A stretch of DNA of 64,000 nt from the human T2T-CHM13v2.0 reference genome, Homo sapiens: the NCBI RefSeq assembly GCF_009914755.1, contig NC_060945.1; one strand, given 5' to 3'. The position numbers and the translations under genes were made by a program. Within the stretch, counting starts at the first letter, position 1; every line of letters starts with the position of its first letter. This document shows, in pieces, positions 31,012-45,949 of this stretch. The notes below the pieces were generated by a model, which was not told where the DNA came from, searched no databases, and saw nothing but the letters and a program-made list of their open reading frames with translations.

Positions 31012-31468
31012 AGGGGTGCCTACTTTTTATAGAGAGATATATAGGGGCTAGGCCACAGTTGCACAATCCCATTTAACCAGAACTCTCAGAGCCAGAGAAT
31101 ATAGACAGCCCTGAAACATGAGAAGGATTGAGCATAAGCAATATTTCAGAAGCTGTTTAAACATGTCATTATCTGGCTTTTCTATTTCAGTAATTTGTAA
31201 GCAAGCTGCCTCCTCTATAAACACATCAGCAGGAAAGGAGAAAGCCATGTTAGTTATTGCATCTCTACTGCCTGGGACTTGGGGAGACAACATCAATTTT
31301 AATGCATTGAAATGCAGAAGTATCTTTGAGGGAATCCCATTTGGATTGGATCTCTTTGAGGGAATCCCTTATTTGGAATAAGACCACTGGAAAAGTCTGG
31401 GCTACTTTAAGGAAAGTGGAGAGATGTTCATTTTATAAGACTGAACTTGCACATATTTCCATGAGTGA

Positions 31469-31790
<322 letters not shown>

Positions 31791-32349
31791 AACTAATGGT
31801 TTTTAGCTAACGTTTTCCAGCAAGATTTGGGAATAGAAATGTGAACAGAAGCTCAGCATAATTACTTATTGTTCTGTCCTGCTATGAGCATTACTTATTT
31901 CACACATGATTATGGTGAAGTCTTCAGGCTGAGTCTAAGCTACGCTCATCATTGGGTTCCTACACATTTGGGTGCGTCTTGAGTCCTGAAGGAGTCTTTT
32001 GAGATGGTAGCAGGGGTCCTGAGTGTAGCATGTGTCTATTACTTTTCCCTGGGTGGCCATAGGTCCTCATCCTGGGCCCTATGAAGAGGGACTACAAGAC
32101 AAAAATTAAATATAAAAGAGTTGTTTTCTAAAACTTTTCTAAGGTATGTAACTCACGACAGCACTACTTTAAAGGTTTTATTGCAGAGTACAGCCAGACC
32201 CACCTGGACTTAGCTATGAGGGAAAGTTGGAAAGGATGCCAGTCACATTGTGTGGCCACTGACACTCTTGGTGTCAGCATAAATTGTGCTGTGCCCTTTA
32301 GACAAAGAATTGATGGCTGCCTGGCAACCTTTCTGTATTGTCTCTATTA

Positions 32350-32435
32350 CTAGTGGTTCTCAACTAGTGGAAATTTTGCTTGCCAGGGGACATCTGGAAA
32401 TGCCCAGAGATATTTTTAGTTATCACAGCTTGAAG
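32350..32435 (+). mobile_element. MER20-like hAT fragment
   Basis: agtggttctcaac....attttgc..ccaggggacatctggaaatgcccagagatattttt. Confidence 0.7.
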
Positions 32436-32564
32436 GAATGTAAGTGGTTGGGGGGAGTTTTGCCCAATGAAGGGATGCATTTGCTCAGGTTGCTTGGGCT
32501 TGCTTACAGCATGGCAACCAGATTTTATGAACAAAGCCCCAAACTTGGCATTTTTATAACTAAC

Positions 32565-32755
32565 CTTGGAAGTCACATTGATTCACTTCTGCCATGGTCT
32601 GTTGGACAAAGAAGTCACAAGGGTCCAACTACATTTAAAGGAAGAGGACATAGATACTGCAAGTTCATGGGAGGGATATCAAGATTGCATTGTAAGAAAA
32701 ACAAGCATGTTGGGAGATATTGTTGTGGCCACCTTTGGAAATTACAATCTACTGT
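32565..32755 (-). mobile_element. MLT1-type MaLR LTR fragment
   Basis: gaagtcaca...cacttctgcca...gtcacaag...gggagatattgttgtggccacctttggaaattacaatct. Confidence 0.7.
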
Positions 32756-33010
32756 AAGTAAAACAAGAATCAATCAATATAAATTTAGGCTTGAATCACT
32801 TCTCTTTTTTTGAACGAAAGATAAAACTGTAAAGAAATATAGAGATACATGGAAGGATGATGTTAAATCAATACAAAATGATCAGTGAGTTAAAAGTTAC
32901 AGGTTCTAGGAAACATGGCTGGTGAATACAATAATAATTTATTAATTTTAATGTCAGCTTCAAATTTTTGGTTCTTTGGAAAATTGTTTAGGCCCCCAAA
33001 TATATAGGTC

Positions 33011-33086
33011 TATGTATGTATGTATGTATGTATGTATGTATGCATGCATGTATGCATGCATGTATGTATGTATGTATGTATGTATG

Positions 33087-33137
<51 letters not shown>
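33011..33137. repeat. Compound (TATG)n/(CATG)/(TATC)n tetranucleotide STR
   Basis: Direct inspection; about 12 uninterrupted TATC units at the end. Confidence 0.95.
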
Positions 33138-33562
33138 AGCTGCATTGATGCTGTAAGTCCAGAGCAGTTTTGCAAAATAGGCTGTGTTGCTAGAGAGATG
33201 CTATTTTCCTTGGCCTGTTTTTAAGCTGCTATCCAATAGAACATATTTTTTTTCCTGGTTGAGAAAAAACTGGATATGATCAATATAAAAAACTGGACAA
33301 GACACTGTGTGGTATTGGTTGGTAATCAGACAAAGCTTCTTGCTGTGGAGCACACCTTCCTTTGATGTCATTTGTCTCCATTTATTGGAATGAAAACTTC
33401 TCAGTGTATGAATCTTTAGCAAACAAAATGAAGAATGCTGAAAAGAAGCACGTAGCACATACACTTGAAAAATTAGGGAGAAAGCAACATTAGCAGAAAA
33501 ATGTTCTTTCTGTTTCACCTGAGATAAGTAGCCTATGAAATCTTGTAATCATTGAAATCATA

Positions 33563-33893
33563 ATTTTTTTTCTTTTTCTTTTTTTTTGTTTTTTCTGAGA
33601 CAGGGTCTGGCTCTGTTGCCCCGGCTAGAGGGCAGTGCTGCAATCACGGCTCATCGCAGCCTTAATCTCCTGGGCTCAAACGATACTCCTGCCTCAGCCT
33701 CCTGAGTAGCTGGCACTACAGGCATGCGTCACCATGCCAAGCTAATTTTTAATTTTTTTTTTTTTTTTTTTTTGTAGAGATGGGGTTTCACCATGTTGTC
33801 CAGGCTGGTATTGAACTCCTGGACTCAAGTGATCAGATCGCCTCAGCCTCCCAAAGTGCTGGGATTCCAGGCATAAGCCACCATGCCCAGCCT
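33563..33893 (-). mobile_element. AluJ
   Basis: Antisense Alu; degenerate TSD tgaaatcataatttt / tgaaattatgatttt. Confidence 0.9.
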
Positions 33894-34257
33894 GAAATTA
33901 TGATTTTCAATAGAACTATTGGCTACTGTTAGATTTGAATTTCACAGATTGAGTCTGGTAAACTCATTGGTGCTTATTTTGCAGACTGTACTATCGGTCT
34001 CAGCATTGAACTTTTAGAGATTTCTTAAATGACGTTATGGGATTATCTTGCACATCGACATTATAATAAATTCCTTCAAGGGCAGCCCTTGACTGAAGTA
34101 ATTTTCATAATTACGTTGACCTGAAAAAATATCCTTGCAAGAGACACTGTGCCCATATATCACAGAAATACAGGTATTGATCATCATGTAAAGGGAGGAC
34201 TGTGCCAGTGTTGGCTGCAGAAGGTGGGAAGATCTGCAGACTCTTTTTGTTAGAAAC

Positions 34258-34690
34258 TGTTGCAGATTAGGTTCCCCAGGAAACAGACTCTGAAATAGAG
34301 ATTTGTATGCAGGTTTTTTGGAGGAGTGCTCTTGGGATCAATACTCTGGAAGAATAAAGAAAGTAGAATTGGGCAGAGGGAGAAGTTGAACTTTGATATA
34401 GATGCAACAAAGGCCTCAGCTTATTCCATGGGGCACAGTGGAGTTGGGGTAGCCCTAGAATGAACCAAATAGAGGTTAAGGGGTCAGTACCTTATACATT
34501 GATGTTGACCATCACTGGACGTGGGCTGACGCAGAAGAAGGGTCAGAACTTTGGGTAAAATGACTCTCTTTAGACACCGGCAGTTCTTGGAATGAGGCTC
34601 TGCTGAGAATTCTCAGCAATCAGTGTTTGCAGCAGGTAGGGGAATAATTGTCTCAGTTCTGAAGAGGGCATTCCTCAGCATCTACTGCAA
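34258..34690 (-). mobile_element. LTR16-type ERVL solo LTR
   Basis: ggttccccaggaaacagactctgaaatagagatttg..gcagg...gagtgctcttgggatcaa...ttgggcagagggagaagttga. Confidence 0.75.
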
Positions 34691-35264
34691 AAGCTTATTT
34701 GAACTGCTGAGGAATACAGCACAATTAATATAAACCTAGGTTCTCTAACGTAGATTATGATGAAAGCCTTATTTTGAAGGAATACAGTTTCATTCAAAAC
34801 CCATCAGCATCAAGCCCAAGATCTCTCATACTCGTAATATCATCAGGTGATACTGGTTAATTCCATGGCAGTGAAATGTTAGATTTGTGCCATTTCCAGA
34901 AGTTCTTGTGTAAGATGCTTCAACTTCTGCAGATTCACAACAGTTGTCATACTTATTGTGAGATGAATGCATCTCCAAGATAGAGATGTATGCATTCGGG
35001 ATGAATTTGTTAATAATCATAAAGACAGTTTAAAGCATCAAGGATGTTTGTTTTTAAGGCCCTTTGTCCTGCTGCTGAAGGCCAAATTGGTAGCCTGGGG
35101 TTAAAGCTAAAAGGCTGTGTTGTAAATGTACTGTTTTATCTCTGTATGGAAAAATTTTGACTTGCCATCTCAAGAGAGCCATCACAGATGTCTCCTAAGA
35201 AAGAACTGGTTCACATTTTGGCTTTAATACCATCAGAATGATCTGATTATAGATTCTCATCCAT

Positions 35265-35480
35265 AAGGAGATAGTATGTAGTGGTTAAAAGCATAGACTG
35301 CTCAATTCAGAGCACAGTTCTGTCATTTTTTTTTCTTAGTGTCCTTGGGAAAATCAAGCTCTGTGTTTCTCAGTTTTCTCATCTCTAAAAATGGGTATAA
35401 TAATATTGTTATAATAATAGTACCTCCCTCATTGCATTTTAAAGATTAAATGATAAATATATGTGCATGACAGAGGAAGT
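35265..35480 (+). mobile_element. MIR
   Basis: gtagtggttaaaagcatagact...tctcagttttctcatctctaaaaatggg..taata..gtacct. Confidence 0.75.
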
Positions 35481-38057
35481 GATTTGCAGGTGTTTGCTAT
35501 TATACTGCTCTGTTTTTTTTTTTTTAAATAAGAATGAGCCAGCTTTTTCTGTATTAAATTACTGTACCATTTGTCAATTTGCTGGAGGTGCACCTTTTGC
35601 TGTAAGGAAAAAAATAAAATGAATAATGTTGATTGAAACAAAAGTAAGTATTTTTGAATAATCTTGGAGTTGACATTTGAAGATTTTCCTTAGCTCTGTC
35701 CATATGGATCAGGAAAAGATGTAAAACAAACAAAAAAAACCTTAGTCTAGATCTTTGCTGAAAGAGGGTGAGATTGGGAGTTTACTTTTGTGAAGAACCT
35801 GTGTCTCACATCTTTGATGTATTGTCTCAATTAATCATCAGAACTGTCCTATGAGGTTGGCACTGTAATTTTCTCCTTTCTGCAGACAGAAACCACCCCC
35901 TGCCGACAAAAAAAAAAAAAACAAAAAAAAACCCAAGACAACAAGAGGTTATGAGTAGAAACCAGAGCAGAGTTTTGGCTGTGAAAGAAAGTAAGTCAGT
36001 GTGACATTACTGCAATGCTGCAGAGATAGACCCCTATCATGTAATCACAGTCTGACAAGATGTGTACAGAATGCAGATGAGCTGGAGTACTTGTCACATG
36101 ATGACCGGCTGCAAAGGTGTTTCTCTTGGGGTGACAGCAGAACCATTAACTTTACTTTCTCTGAAATCATCTTTTTTTTGGGGGGGTAGTTAGCTAGTTA
36201 CTTCAATAGAATAAAAAGAATGAAAACTCATTTAGCGATATAATTACTAAATTATTGGGCATATGTCTCTTTAAAAATGTAATGCAAAGCCATTCTTGTG
36301 AAATAGTGTTTTTGGTGCCCCCACCCCATACACCGTTAAAGATTAAGTTGTCTAAGCAAGAAAAGGTGTTAACATTTTTGCCAGAGACCCCTGGGAATCA
36401 ATATATTTTTGTTCCAAGTCACCTTGTATTGTAGTTCTCTCTGGATATTTGGAGAAAGAGGAGATAGCTAGATTAAAGAACTTTTGTGGTGAAAATTACT
36501 CCACTTGAAGGCTTGTCTCTATCTTTTCTGCTTCAGAACTTTATGTTGATTTTGTGTGTCGGCTTGCATTTTTAAAAACTATAATATGGAATAGAACTAC
36601 ATTTAAATCAGGGAAAAAAGATACATATGTGGTTTTGAAATTTCTAAAATTTTGCATTTGGATAGTTCCTCTGCAGTTGCTCAGTTAACATATTTTCTTT
36701 TTCTATAAATAAAATGACTTGCGATCTTCTCTCTATTCTAGGAAGTCTCAAAGCTATTCCCAAGGAGTAAATCTTGACAGAAAAAGAAAAGCAAATTTTT
36801 GGGGGGAAAATTGTGAAAAAGAGTATTAAATTATTTAAAAATAGACTGATCTGGAAATCATGGAGGAAATGATGTTTACACTGTGTTTAAAAAATAAAAA
36901 ACGACTCAGTGGATATGCATGGTCCTTTGCACTTAATAAGCTAAAGAGGTTCAGATGGAGGATGATACAGTATAATTAAAATAAAAGCGGGGAATGACCA
37001 CGAATCAGTCATGGTAAATCAAAAGAATAAAGACATGAAAAGACTTTTTGGTATATATCAAACCATTTTTGAAAAAGAATTATGTGGCTAGAGAGAGTAA
37101 CAGTGAAAAAGATATGTAGAAAAATTTCTAAAATATAAAAAATATTATGTTTACATAGCTGATAAGTTTTTATATAGTAAATATACTAATATCAGTGCCC
37201 TTCTCCTGGTTCCTTTGAATACAAGATTAATGCAAAATATTTTTTAAAAATGTATCCTCTTTTGAGCCAGTGAAAAGTGACACTTTTTTTTTAAACGAAG
37301 TCACTTAGAATTATGACCAGATGGTTAAAGAAGATAAATTTTAAGAGTTGATTTTTCAAATTTTAAAGGAAACTGCTGTTGGTTTTCAGTGTGGTTCAGT
37401 GAGCTTCATAGTGCACATTTGCATATGAAAAATGCTTCCATAATATTGTATTTAATTTACTGGCAAACGGCTCGAATATATATTGTGGGTTTACAATGCC
37501 AAAATACCCAGTTGATTTGATAAAGCTACAAGTAAATTTTGGAGTTGAAGAGAAGGGAGTAATAAATCAGTTATCTGTCAACTTGCAGAACAAAGAAAAT
37601 ACTTACTTACTTCCCCATCCCCCCAACTCCTTTAAACTGGTTGAATTCATATTGTTTAGACAAAATGTGATTGCATTAGTGATTAGTTATTGATTAATCA
37701 TCTTATAAAGATTAAATTATTTGATTTCTTTAATTAGTTGATTTTTTAAAAATTGGCAGTGAAATCCTTGAAAAACATTAGACCTATGTAAATAGAGCCT
37801 GAGTACATACTCACATAATATTTAACCAATATTTGGACACACTACCAAGGCATCTTGTTAAGGTATTGAAATAATGACTGAATTCTCCAACCACTGAAAA
37901 AAATGAGTGATGGACTAATTATGTAAAAATGTCTTTTATCCTGCATGTGATTAAATTGGTCTGTTATTTGAATGAAGGAACAAACCTTTCTGGTCGTACT
38001 ATCCAAATCATTATCATGCAGGCACCATTTCTGTTATTTAAATGTAATTTTGTCAAC

Positions 38058-38670
38058 TGTAGACATCATTGTTGCTTCTCCAGCATTAATTCCATTACTG
38101 CCCTGTGATAGAGCAGCTGCTGACCTGGATAATTGACATGATCTCCAGCTTCAGAAGCGGACTCTAATTGGCTCAGCCCAAAATGCAATCCCATCTCCTT
38201 GGTTCCAGTAATTGGTTCAGGAGTGTCACATGACATGAACTGTTCTAATCAGAGTGAAGACCATGATATTTATTCAAAGTTGTCTCTCCTTTTGTGTGGT
38301 GTGGTGTGTTGATGTGAGGCCTGGAATTGCTGTAGATACTTTGCTATCTAGTCTCAGGATAAAGCTGACACATCAGGGTGTGCGGAGAGATCAGTGAATT
38401 ACAGAGAAATAGACGGGAGCCCTGATCAAACCATGCCAGAAGCCTAAAGGTCTTTTGAACTTCATTAGCTGATGCATTCCATTTATTATTATTCAGTTCA
38501 TTTATTTTATCTCTATATATCATATATAAATATAATAAACTTATACTATGTTATAAATGTTTATTATATTTATATAACTTATTACATTATGTTATAAATA
38601 TTTACTATATTTATTAGTCAGTTTGTGTTGGGCCCTTTAGTATGTACAAATGAAATCATCCTAAGAGTTT
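38058..38670 (+). mobile_element. MLT1J/K-like MaLR LTR with an AT-rich low-complexity insert
   Basis: aattggttcaggagtgtcacatgac..aatcagagtgaag...cctgatcaaaccatgccagaagc. Confidence 0.6.
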
Positions 38671-39014
38671 CAACGACTCAACAGCACCATGGCCAGGACC
38701 TATTATTGGTCCTTCATCTTCACTTCCCTACACAAAATCACTAATATGAGATTCTTTTCTCTTCTAGCTGCTTCTAAGTTGAGTTTGAGGTACAGCGAGG
38801 TGTGAAGGTAAAGAAAGCTCTCCATACCTTAGCTTTGAATAAACCTTCAAATATTTGGATGTAGTATAATTTATTTAACTCTTTATTTTGAAATAATTAT
38901 AGATCTATAAGAAACTGCAAAAATAGCACCTAGAGTGCCTCGAATCCTTCCCTTCATTACCCTCAATGGTGAATAATATATAATCACAGTTCAATATCAA
39001 AGCAAGAAAACTGA

Positions 39015-39398
<384 letters not shown>

Positions 39399-39769
39399 CA
39401 ATGTTTATTTTTTAGTAGAATGATTTTTGTTTTGAGAGAAGTTTTGAAATAAACACTAATAATTCATTCATTCTTATAGCTGGGACATTCATTTTAGTAG
39501 GTTAGCATATATATGCTATATATATGTATATATGTGTGTATATATATACATGCCATACATATGTATATATGTTAGTACACACATGCCTTCATGCAAAGAT
39601 ACATATATCTATTTAGAGGATCAGAGTATTATTCAAATATTTAGATTAATACATTGTAAATAGTTGTAGCTTTTTTTGGACATATTACTAAGCACATCTG
39701 TAATTTATTTTTATTTTTTAATTTCTTTTTTTGATACATAATAATTGTACATATTTTCAGCGTACATGT

Positions 39770-40455
<686 letters not shown>

Positions 40456-40459
40456 TGTA

Positions 40460-41520
40460 TTTTATATTCCTTTCAGTATACATACCCACCAATGGGATTG
40501 CTGGGTCAAATGTTAGTTGTTTTAGGTTCTTTGAGAATTTTCCAAACTGCTTTTCACAGTGGCTGAACTAATTTACATTCACACCAGAAGTGTATAAGCA
40601 TTATACTTTCTCAGTAACCTTCTTAACATCTTATTTTTTGAGTTTCTAATAATTGTCATTTTGACTGGTGTGAGATAGTATCTCATGGTTTTGATTTGCA
40701 TTTCTCTAATGATTAGTGATGTTGAGTATTTTTTTGTATACTTATTCACCATGTGTATGTCCACTTCTGAGAAGTGTCTGTTCATGTCTGTTTCCCATTT
40801 TTAAATGGGGTTGTTTGTTCTTTGCTTGTTAATTGGCTTACATTCCTTATAGACTCTTGATATTAGACCTCTGTTAATGTATAGTTTGCAAATATTTTCT
40901 CTTATTCTGTAATTTGTCTGTTTACTCTGTTGATAGTTTCTTTTGCTGTGCAGAGCTCTTTAATTAGGTTCCATTTTTTCTTGATATTGCTTTTGGAGAC
41001 TTATAAATCATTCTACCAAAATGACACATGTACTTGTATATTCATTGCAGCACTACTCACAATAACAAAGGCATAGAATCAACCTAGATACCCATCAGTG
41101 GTGGTCTGGATAAAGAAAATATGGTACATATACACTATGGAATACTAAGCAATCACACATACACAAAAACAAAATCATGTCCTTTGCAGCAGCATAGATG
41201 CAGTTGGAATCCATTCTCCTAAGCAAACTAATGCAAGAACAGAAAACTAAATACCATGTGTTCTCACTTATAAGTGGGAGCTAAGCACTGAGTACACATG
41301 GACATAGTGTGTACTCAGGAATAATAGGCACCGGAGATTACTAAAGGAGGGAGAGAGGAGTGGGGCAAGGGCTGAAAAATTACCTGTTGGATACTATGGT
41401 CACTACCTGGGTGATGGGAGCATTTGTACCCAAAACTTCAGCATCACACAACATACCCATGTAAAAACCTGCACATGTACTCCCTGAATCTAAAATAAAA
41501 GTTGAAATTTTTTAAAAAAG
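40460..41520 (+). mobile_element. 5'-inverted L1 (L1PA15/16-like 3' end)
   Basis: Antisense block 40460-41001 and sense block 41002-41520 are contiguous in the L1 consensus at ggaatataaa|tcattctacc; 3' end cctgaatctaaaataaaagttgaaa. Confidence 0.8.
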
Positions 41521-41559
41521 AATGAGTTCACCTAGGATATACTGCATTTTAAAATAATT

Positions 41560-44045
41560 TGATTTTTAAAAAATTTAATTTTTAAACTAATAGTAAAATT
41601 AACTATTTTTGGTGTACAGTTGAAACAATTTTAACACATAAACAGATTTGAATTCCCATATTATAATCTGGATGAGAAGTTTTACTACCCTAGAAATTTC
41701 CCTTTTGCTCTTCCTTTGTAGTCACCCCTTCACCTCTCCTCCATCCTCTCAACCCTTGGCAAATACTGACCTATTTTCTGTCACTCTAGTTTTGTGTTTT
41801 AAAGAATGTCATCTAAACAGAATTATAAAGTGTGTACACTTTTGAGACTTGACTTTTTTCACTAGGCATGTTTTTGACATTCATTCAAGTTGTTGCATAT
41901 AAAAGTAGTTCATTCTTTTTTATTGCTGAGTAGTATTCCATTCTATGGATGTATCACAGTTTGTTTATTCATTGATTTATTGAAGTGCATTTGCGTTTTT
42001 TCCCAGTTTTTGGTGATTATCACTAGAACTGCTATGAGATTCATGTGCAGATTTTATTGTGAACAAAAGTTTTGATTTCTCTGATTTAAATTCCCAGGAA
42101 TGCAATTGCTTAATCATATGGTAAGTATGTGTAATTTTATAAAAAAATGTTAAGTTGTTTTCAAGAGTGACTTTACCATTTTGCATTCCTGCCAGCAATA
42201 TACAAGAGTTACAGATGGTCTGTCTCCTTGTCAAATAAAATTGTTTATTTTTAGCCATTCTAATAGATGTGTGGTGATATCTGCTAGTGATTTTAATTTG
42301 CATATCCCTAACAACTAATGATCAATGTTAAATATCTTTTCATGTTCTTTTGAATCATCTGTATACCTTCTTTGGTGAAGTTTCTGTTCAAGTCTTTGAG
42401 TTTTAAAATTGGATTATTTTCATACTGGTGAGTTTACAAGGTTCTTTATATGTTCTGGATACAAGTACTTGTTGGATATGATTTTCAATATTTTCTCTTA
42501 GTCTGTAGCTTATCTTTTTAGCCTCTTAGTGGTGTTTTTCACAGAGTGAAAGTGTTTAATTTTGATGAAATATGGTTTATGAGTTTGTTTCTTGTTGGAC
42601 TAATGCTTTTGATATAATGCCAAAGGACACTTTGGCTAATTGAGGTGATAAAGATTTTCTCCAATTTTTTGAAATGTTCTATAGTTTTACACTTTGATTT
42701 AGGTCCATGATTTTTTTAAGTTCGATTTTCTGTGAGGTATAAGGTTTAAGCTGAGGTTCATTTTTTATGTATGTATGTACAATTTGTCCAATCGTTTGTG
42801 GAAATGATGATCTTTTCACGATTTGATTGCCTTTCCACTTTTGTAAAAGAAATCAGTTGGCTCAAGGGAATGAAAAGACAAACCACAAATTAGGAGAAAA
42901 TATTTGCAAAAATATACCTGATAAAGGACTGTTTCCCATAATATACAAATAACTTAAAATTCAATGATAAGAAAAAATAAAGTCAATAAAGAATATATTG
43001 ATGGAAAATGAACAGAGGAAAAGATGTTTTGTATCATGTATCATTTGGGAATTGCAAATTAAAACCATGAGATACGGCTCTACATCTGTTCCCTGTCACT
43101 ATAGACACCTATTAGAACAGCTGAGATTCAAAACACTGAACGCAAATGCTGGTGAGGATGTGGTGTAACAGGGATGCTCATTCATTCATTTCTGGTCAGA
43201 ATGCAAAGTGGTACAAGCCACTTTTCAAGATAGTTTAGTAGTTTTTCACAAACCTAAATGTACTTTTATCATACAGCCTAGCAGTTGTGCTCTTGGTATT
43301 TATAGAAATGAATTGAAAACTTATATCCACACAAAAGCATGTACACAGATGTTTTTAGCAAGTTTCTTCATAATTACCAAAACTTGGTAGCAAATAATTT
43401 TTTTTTTTGACAGAGTCTCGCTCTGTCACCCAGGATAGAGTACAGTGGTGCGATCTCAGCTCACTGCAATTTCCATCTCCCAGGTTCAAGCAATTCTGCC
43501 TCAGCCTCCCAAGTAGCTTGGATTACAGGAGCACGCCACCATGCCTGCTAATTTTTGTATTTTTAGTGGAGATGGGGTTTCACCATGTTGGCCAGCCTGG
43601 TCTCAAACTCTTGACCTCAGGTGATCCACCCGCCTCAGCCTCACAAAGTGCTGAGATTACAAGCGTGAGCCACCATGCCCCAGCCCCAAGTGTTTTTTAA
43701 TAGTGAGTAGATAAATAAACCGTGGTATATTCAGGAAATGGAAATTTATTCCGCGTTGAAAAGAAATGAGCTATCAAGCCATGAAAAGATATGGAGGAAA
43801 CTTAAATGCATATTACAAAGTTAAAGAAGCCCATATTAAAGTGTTACTTGTTGCAGAGGGTCCAACTATATGACATTCTAGAAAAGGAAAAACTATGGAG
43901 ACAATAAAAATATCAGTGGTGCCAGGGGCTTGTGGGTGTAGAGATAGATGAACAAACAGAGCACAGAGAATTTTTAGAAAAAAAACGAATTGTCCATATA
44001 TGTGGGAGTCTACTTCTGGATTCCATTCTGTTTTATTGCTTTATG
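41560..44045 (-). mobile_element. Old L1M (antisense) with a nested sense L1MC-type 3' piece (about 42860-43985)
   Basis: Antisense L1 gaaatcagttgg ... ccatatatgtggg rejoins around a sense L1 3' end. Confidence 0.75.
43398..43686 (-). mobile_element. AluS
   Basis: Antisense Alu body. Confidence 0.93.
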
Positions 44046-44046
44046 G

Positions 44047-44358
44047 TTTTTTTGTTTTTTGTTTTTTTTTTTTTTTGATGGAGTCCCACTCTGTCACCCA
44101 GGCTGGAGTGCAATGACACGATCTCTGCTCACTGCAACCTCTGCCTCCTGGGTTTAAGCAATTCTCTTGCCGCAGCCTCTTGAGTAGCTGGGATTACAGG
44201 CACCTGCCACCATACCTGGCTAATTTTTTTTGTATTTTTAGTAAAGATGGGGTCTCACCATGTTGGCTAGGCTGGTGTTGAACTCCTGACCTCAGGTAAT
44301 ACGCCGCCTCGGCCTCTCAAAATGCTGGGATTACAGGTGTGAGCCACCATGCCCAGCC
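44047..44358 (-). mobile_element. AluS
   Basis: Antisense Alu body with T-rich tail. Confidence 0.93.
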
Positions 44359-44439
44359 TGTTTTATGTTTTTATCCCTCCACCAATAGCATAAGACAGCT
44401 TTATAGTTAGTCAGCCTATTTCATAATATAGCTTTATAG

Positions 44440-45383
44440 TAGGATGTCTATAGTAGTGTTCTTGGTGTTGCGGGTTACTTTCAATTGTTCCTTTAATGTG
44501 AAGTTTTGTATCACTTCTTCTAAGTCATCTTCATCCTTTTTGTCACTACTACATTCCTTATTTATGTCAATAGGTTTACCTTCTATCAGTTCTTCTGGCT
44601 GCATATCTGGAGTTCCTTGAAAGCAACAGTGTATTAATCTGTTCTCACACTGCTATAAAGAACTACCTGAGACTGGGTAATTTATGAAGAAAAGAGGTTT
44701 AATTGACTCACAGTTCTGCTGGCTTAACAGGAAGCATGATTGAGGGCTTCAGGAAACTTACAGTCATGGCAGAAGGTGAAGGGGAAGGAATCACGTTCTT
44801 CACATGGCAGCAGGAGAAAGAGAGCAAAGGGGGAAGTGCTACACACTTTCAAACAACCAGATCTCGTGAGAACTCATTCACTATCACAAGAACAGCAAGG
44901 GGGAAGTCTGCCTCCATGATTCAATCACCTCCCACCAGGTCCCTCCTCCAACACATGGGGATTACAATTTGATATGAGATTGGGGTGGGGACACAGAGTG
45001 AAACCATATAAAGCAGTATCAACATTCTATCGTCAGCTATTTCCTCTATAACTCCATCTGTGTTGCATTCAGATTTAACTTCTTTCTGTGCTTTCATTTT
45101 TGTTGGACAATTTTCTCTTTTCATTATCCATTAAAAAAAGTCACATGGGTTTATCACTAAGGGGACCAGGAGACAACATGACTACATGCTCTGCTATCTG
45201 TGCATGAATTGCATAATGTACAGTGATAATCACTGATAGATATTAAAATAAGTTATTGATTAGTCATGTATCATGATGCATATCTGTTATTATGTAGTGA
45301 TTTGTGGACTAAAATGCTGGAAGCAAAACTTGTACTTTATGAAATTATTCACATGTATACCATAGTAACTGAAATTTGAACAG
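44440..45383 (-). mobile_element. TcMar-Tigger fossil (Tigger13a-like), split by an MST LTR
   Basis: Minus strand ttcaaatttcagttactatgg..cataaagtacaag...gatggagttatagaggaaatagctgacga...gatatgcagccagaagaact; acidic peptide GVIEEIAD. Confidence 0.7.
44630..45011 (-). mobile_element. MSTA/MSTB-type MaLR solo LTR
   Basis: tgtattaatctgttctcacactgctataaag...gggacacagag..aaaccatata; near-TSD aacag/agcag. Confidence 0.9.
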
Positions 45384-45385
45384 AA

Positions 45386-45728
45386 TGATATGATTTGGCT
45401 CTGTCCCCACCCAATCTCATCTTAAATTCCCACGCATTGTGAGAGGGACCCAGTGAGAGGTAATTGAATCATGGGGGGAGGTCTTTCCTGTGCTGTTCTC
45501 CTGATAGTGAATAAGTCTCATGAGATCCGATAACTATTTAAGGGGGAGTTTCTCTGCACAAGCTCTCTTCTCTTCTCTGCCACCATGTGAGACATGACTT
45601 TCACCTTCTGCCATGATTGTGAGGCCTCCCCAGCCACATGGAACTGTAAGTCCATTAAACCTCTTTCTTTTGTAAATTTCCCAGTCTCACGTATGTCTTT
45701 ATCAGCAGTGTGAAAACAGACAAATACA
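45386..45728 (+). mobile_element. THE1C-type LTR (original 3' LTR, now inverted)
   Basis: tgatatgatttggctctgtccccacc...gtgagacatgactttcaccttc...aaacagacaaataca; preceded by PPT-like cagaa. Confidence 0.9.
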
Positions 45729-45949
45729 GTAGCTAATGCAGTGTTCGGAGGGAAATTTATGGCAATAAATGCTCACACCCACAGACCAAGAACAGCTGAC
45801 TTTGAACACTGTTCACACAAAGACTTTGAACAGCTCCAATATACATGACTTTCAGCTACCACTGTTTAATTAAATGTATCAGTCTCTCAACAATACTGTT
45901 CAAATTTCAGTTACTATAGTGTACATGTTGTTAATAATTCCATAAAGTA

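Noticed and set aside
32286-32813. 175-aa ORF
   Set aside because: Non-ATG start; runs across MER20-like and MLT1 fragments; no recognisable domain or splice support
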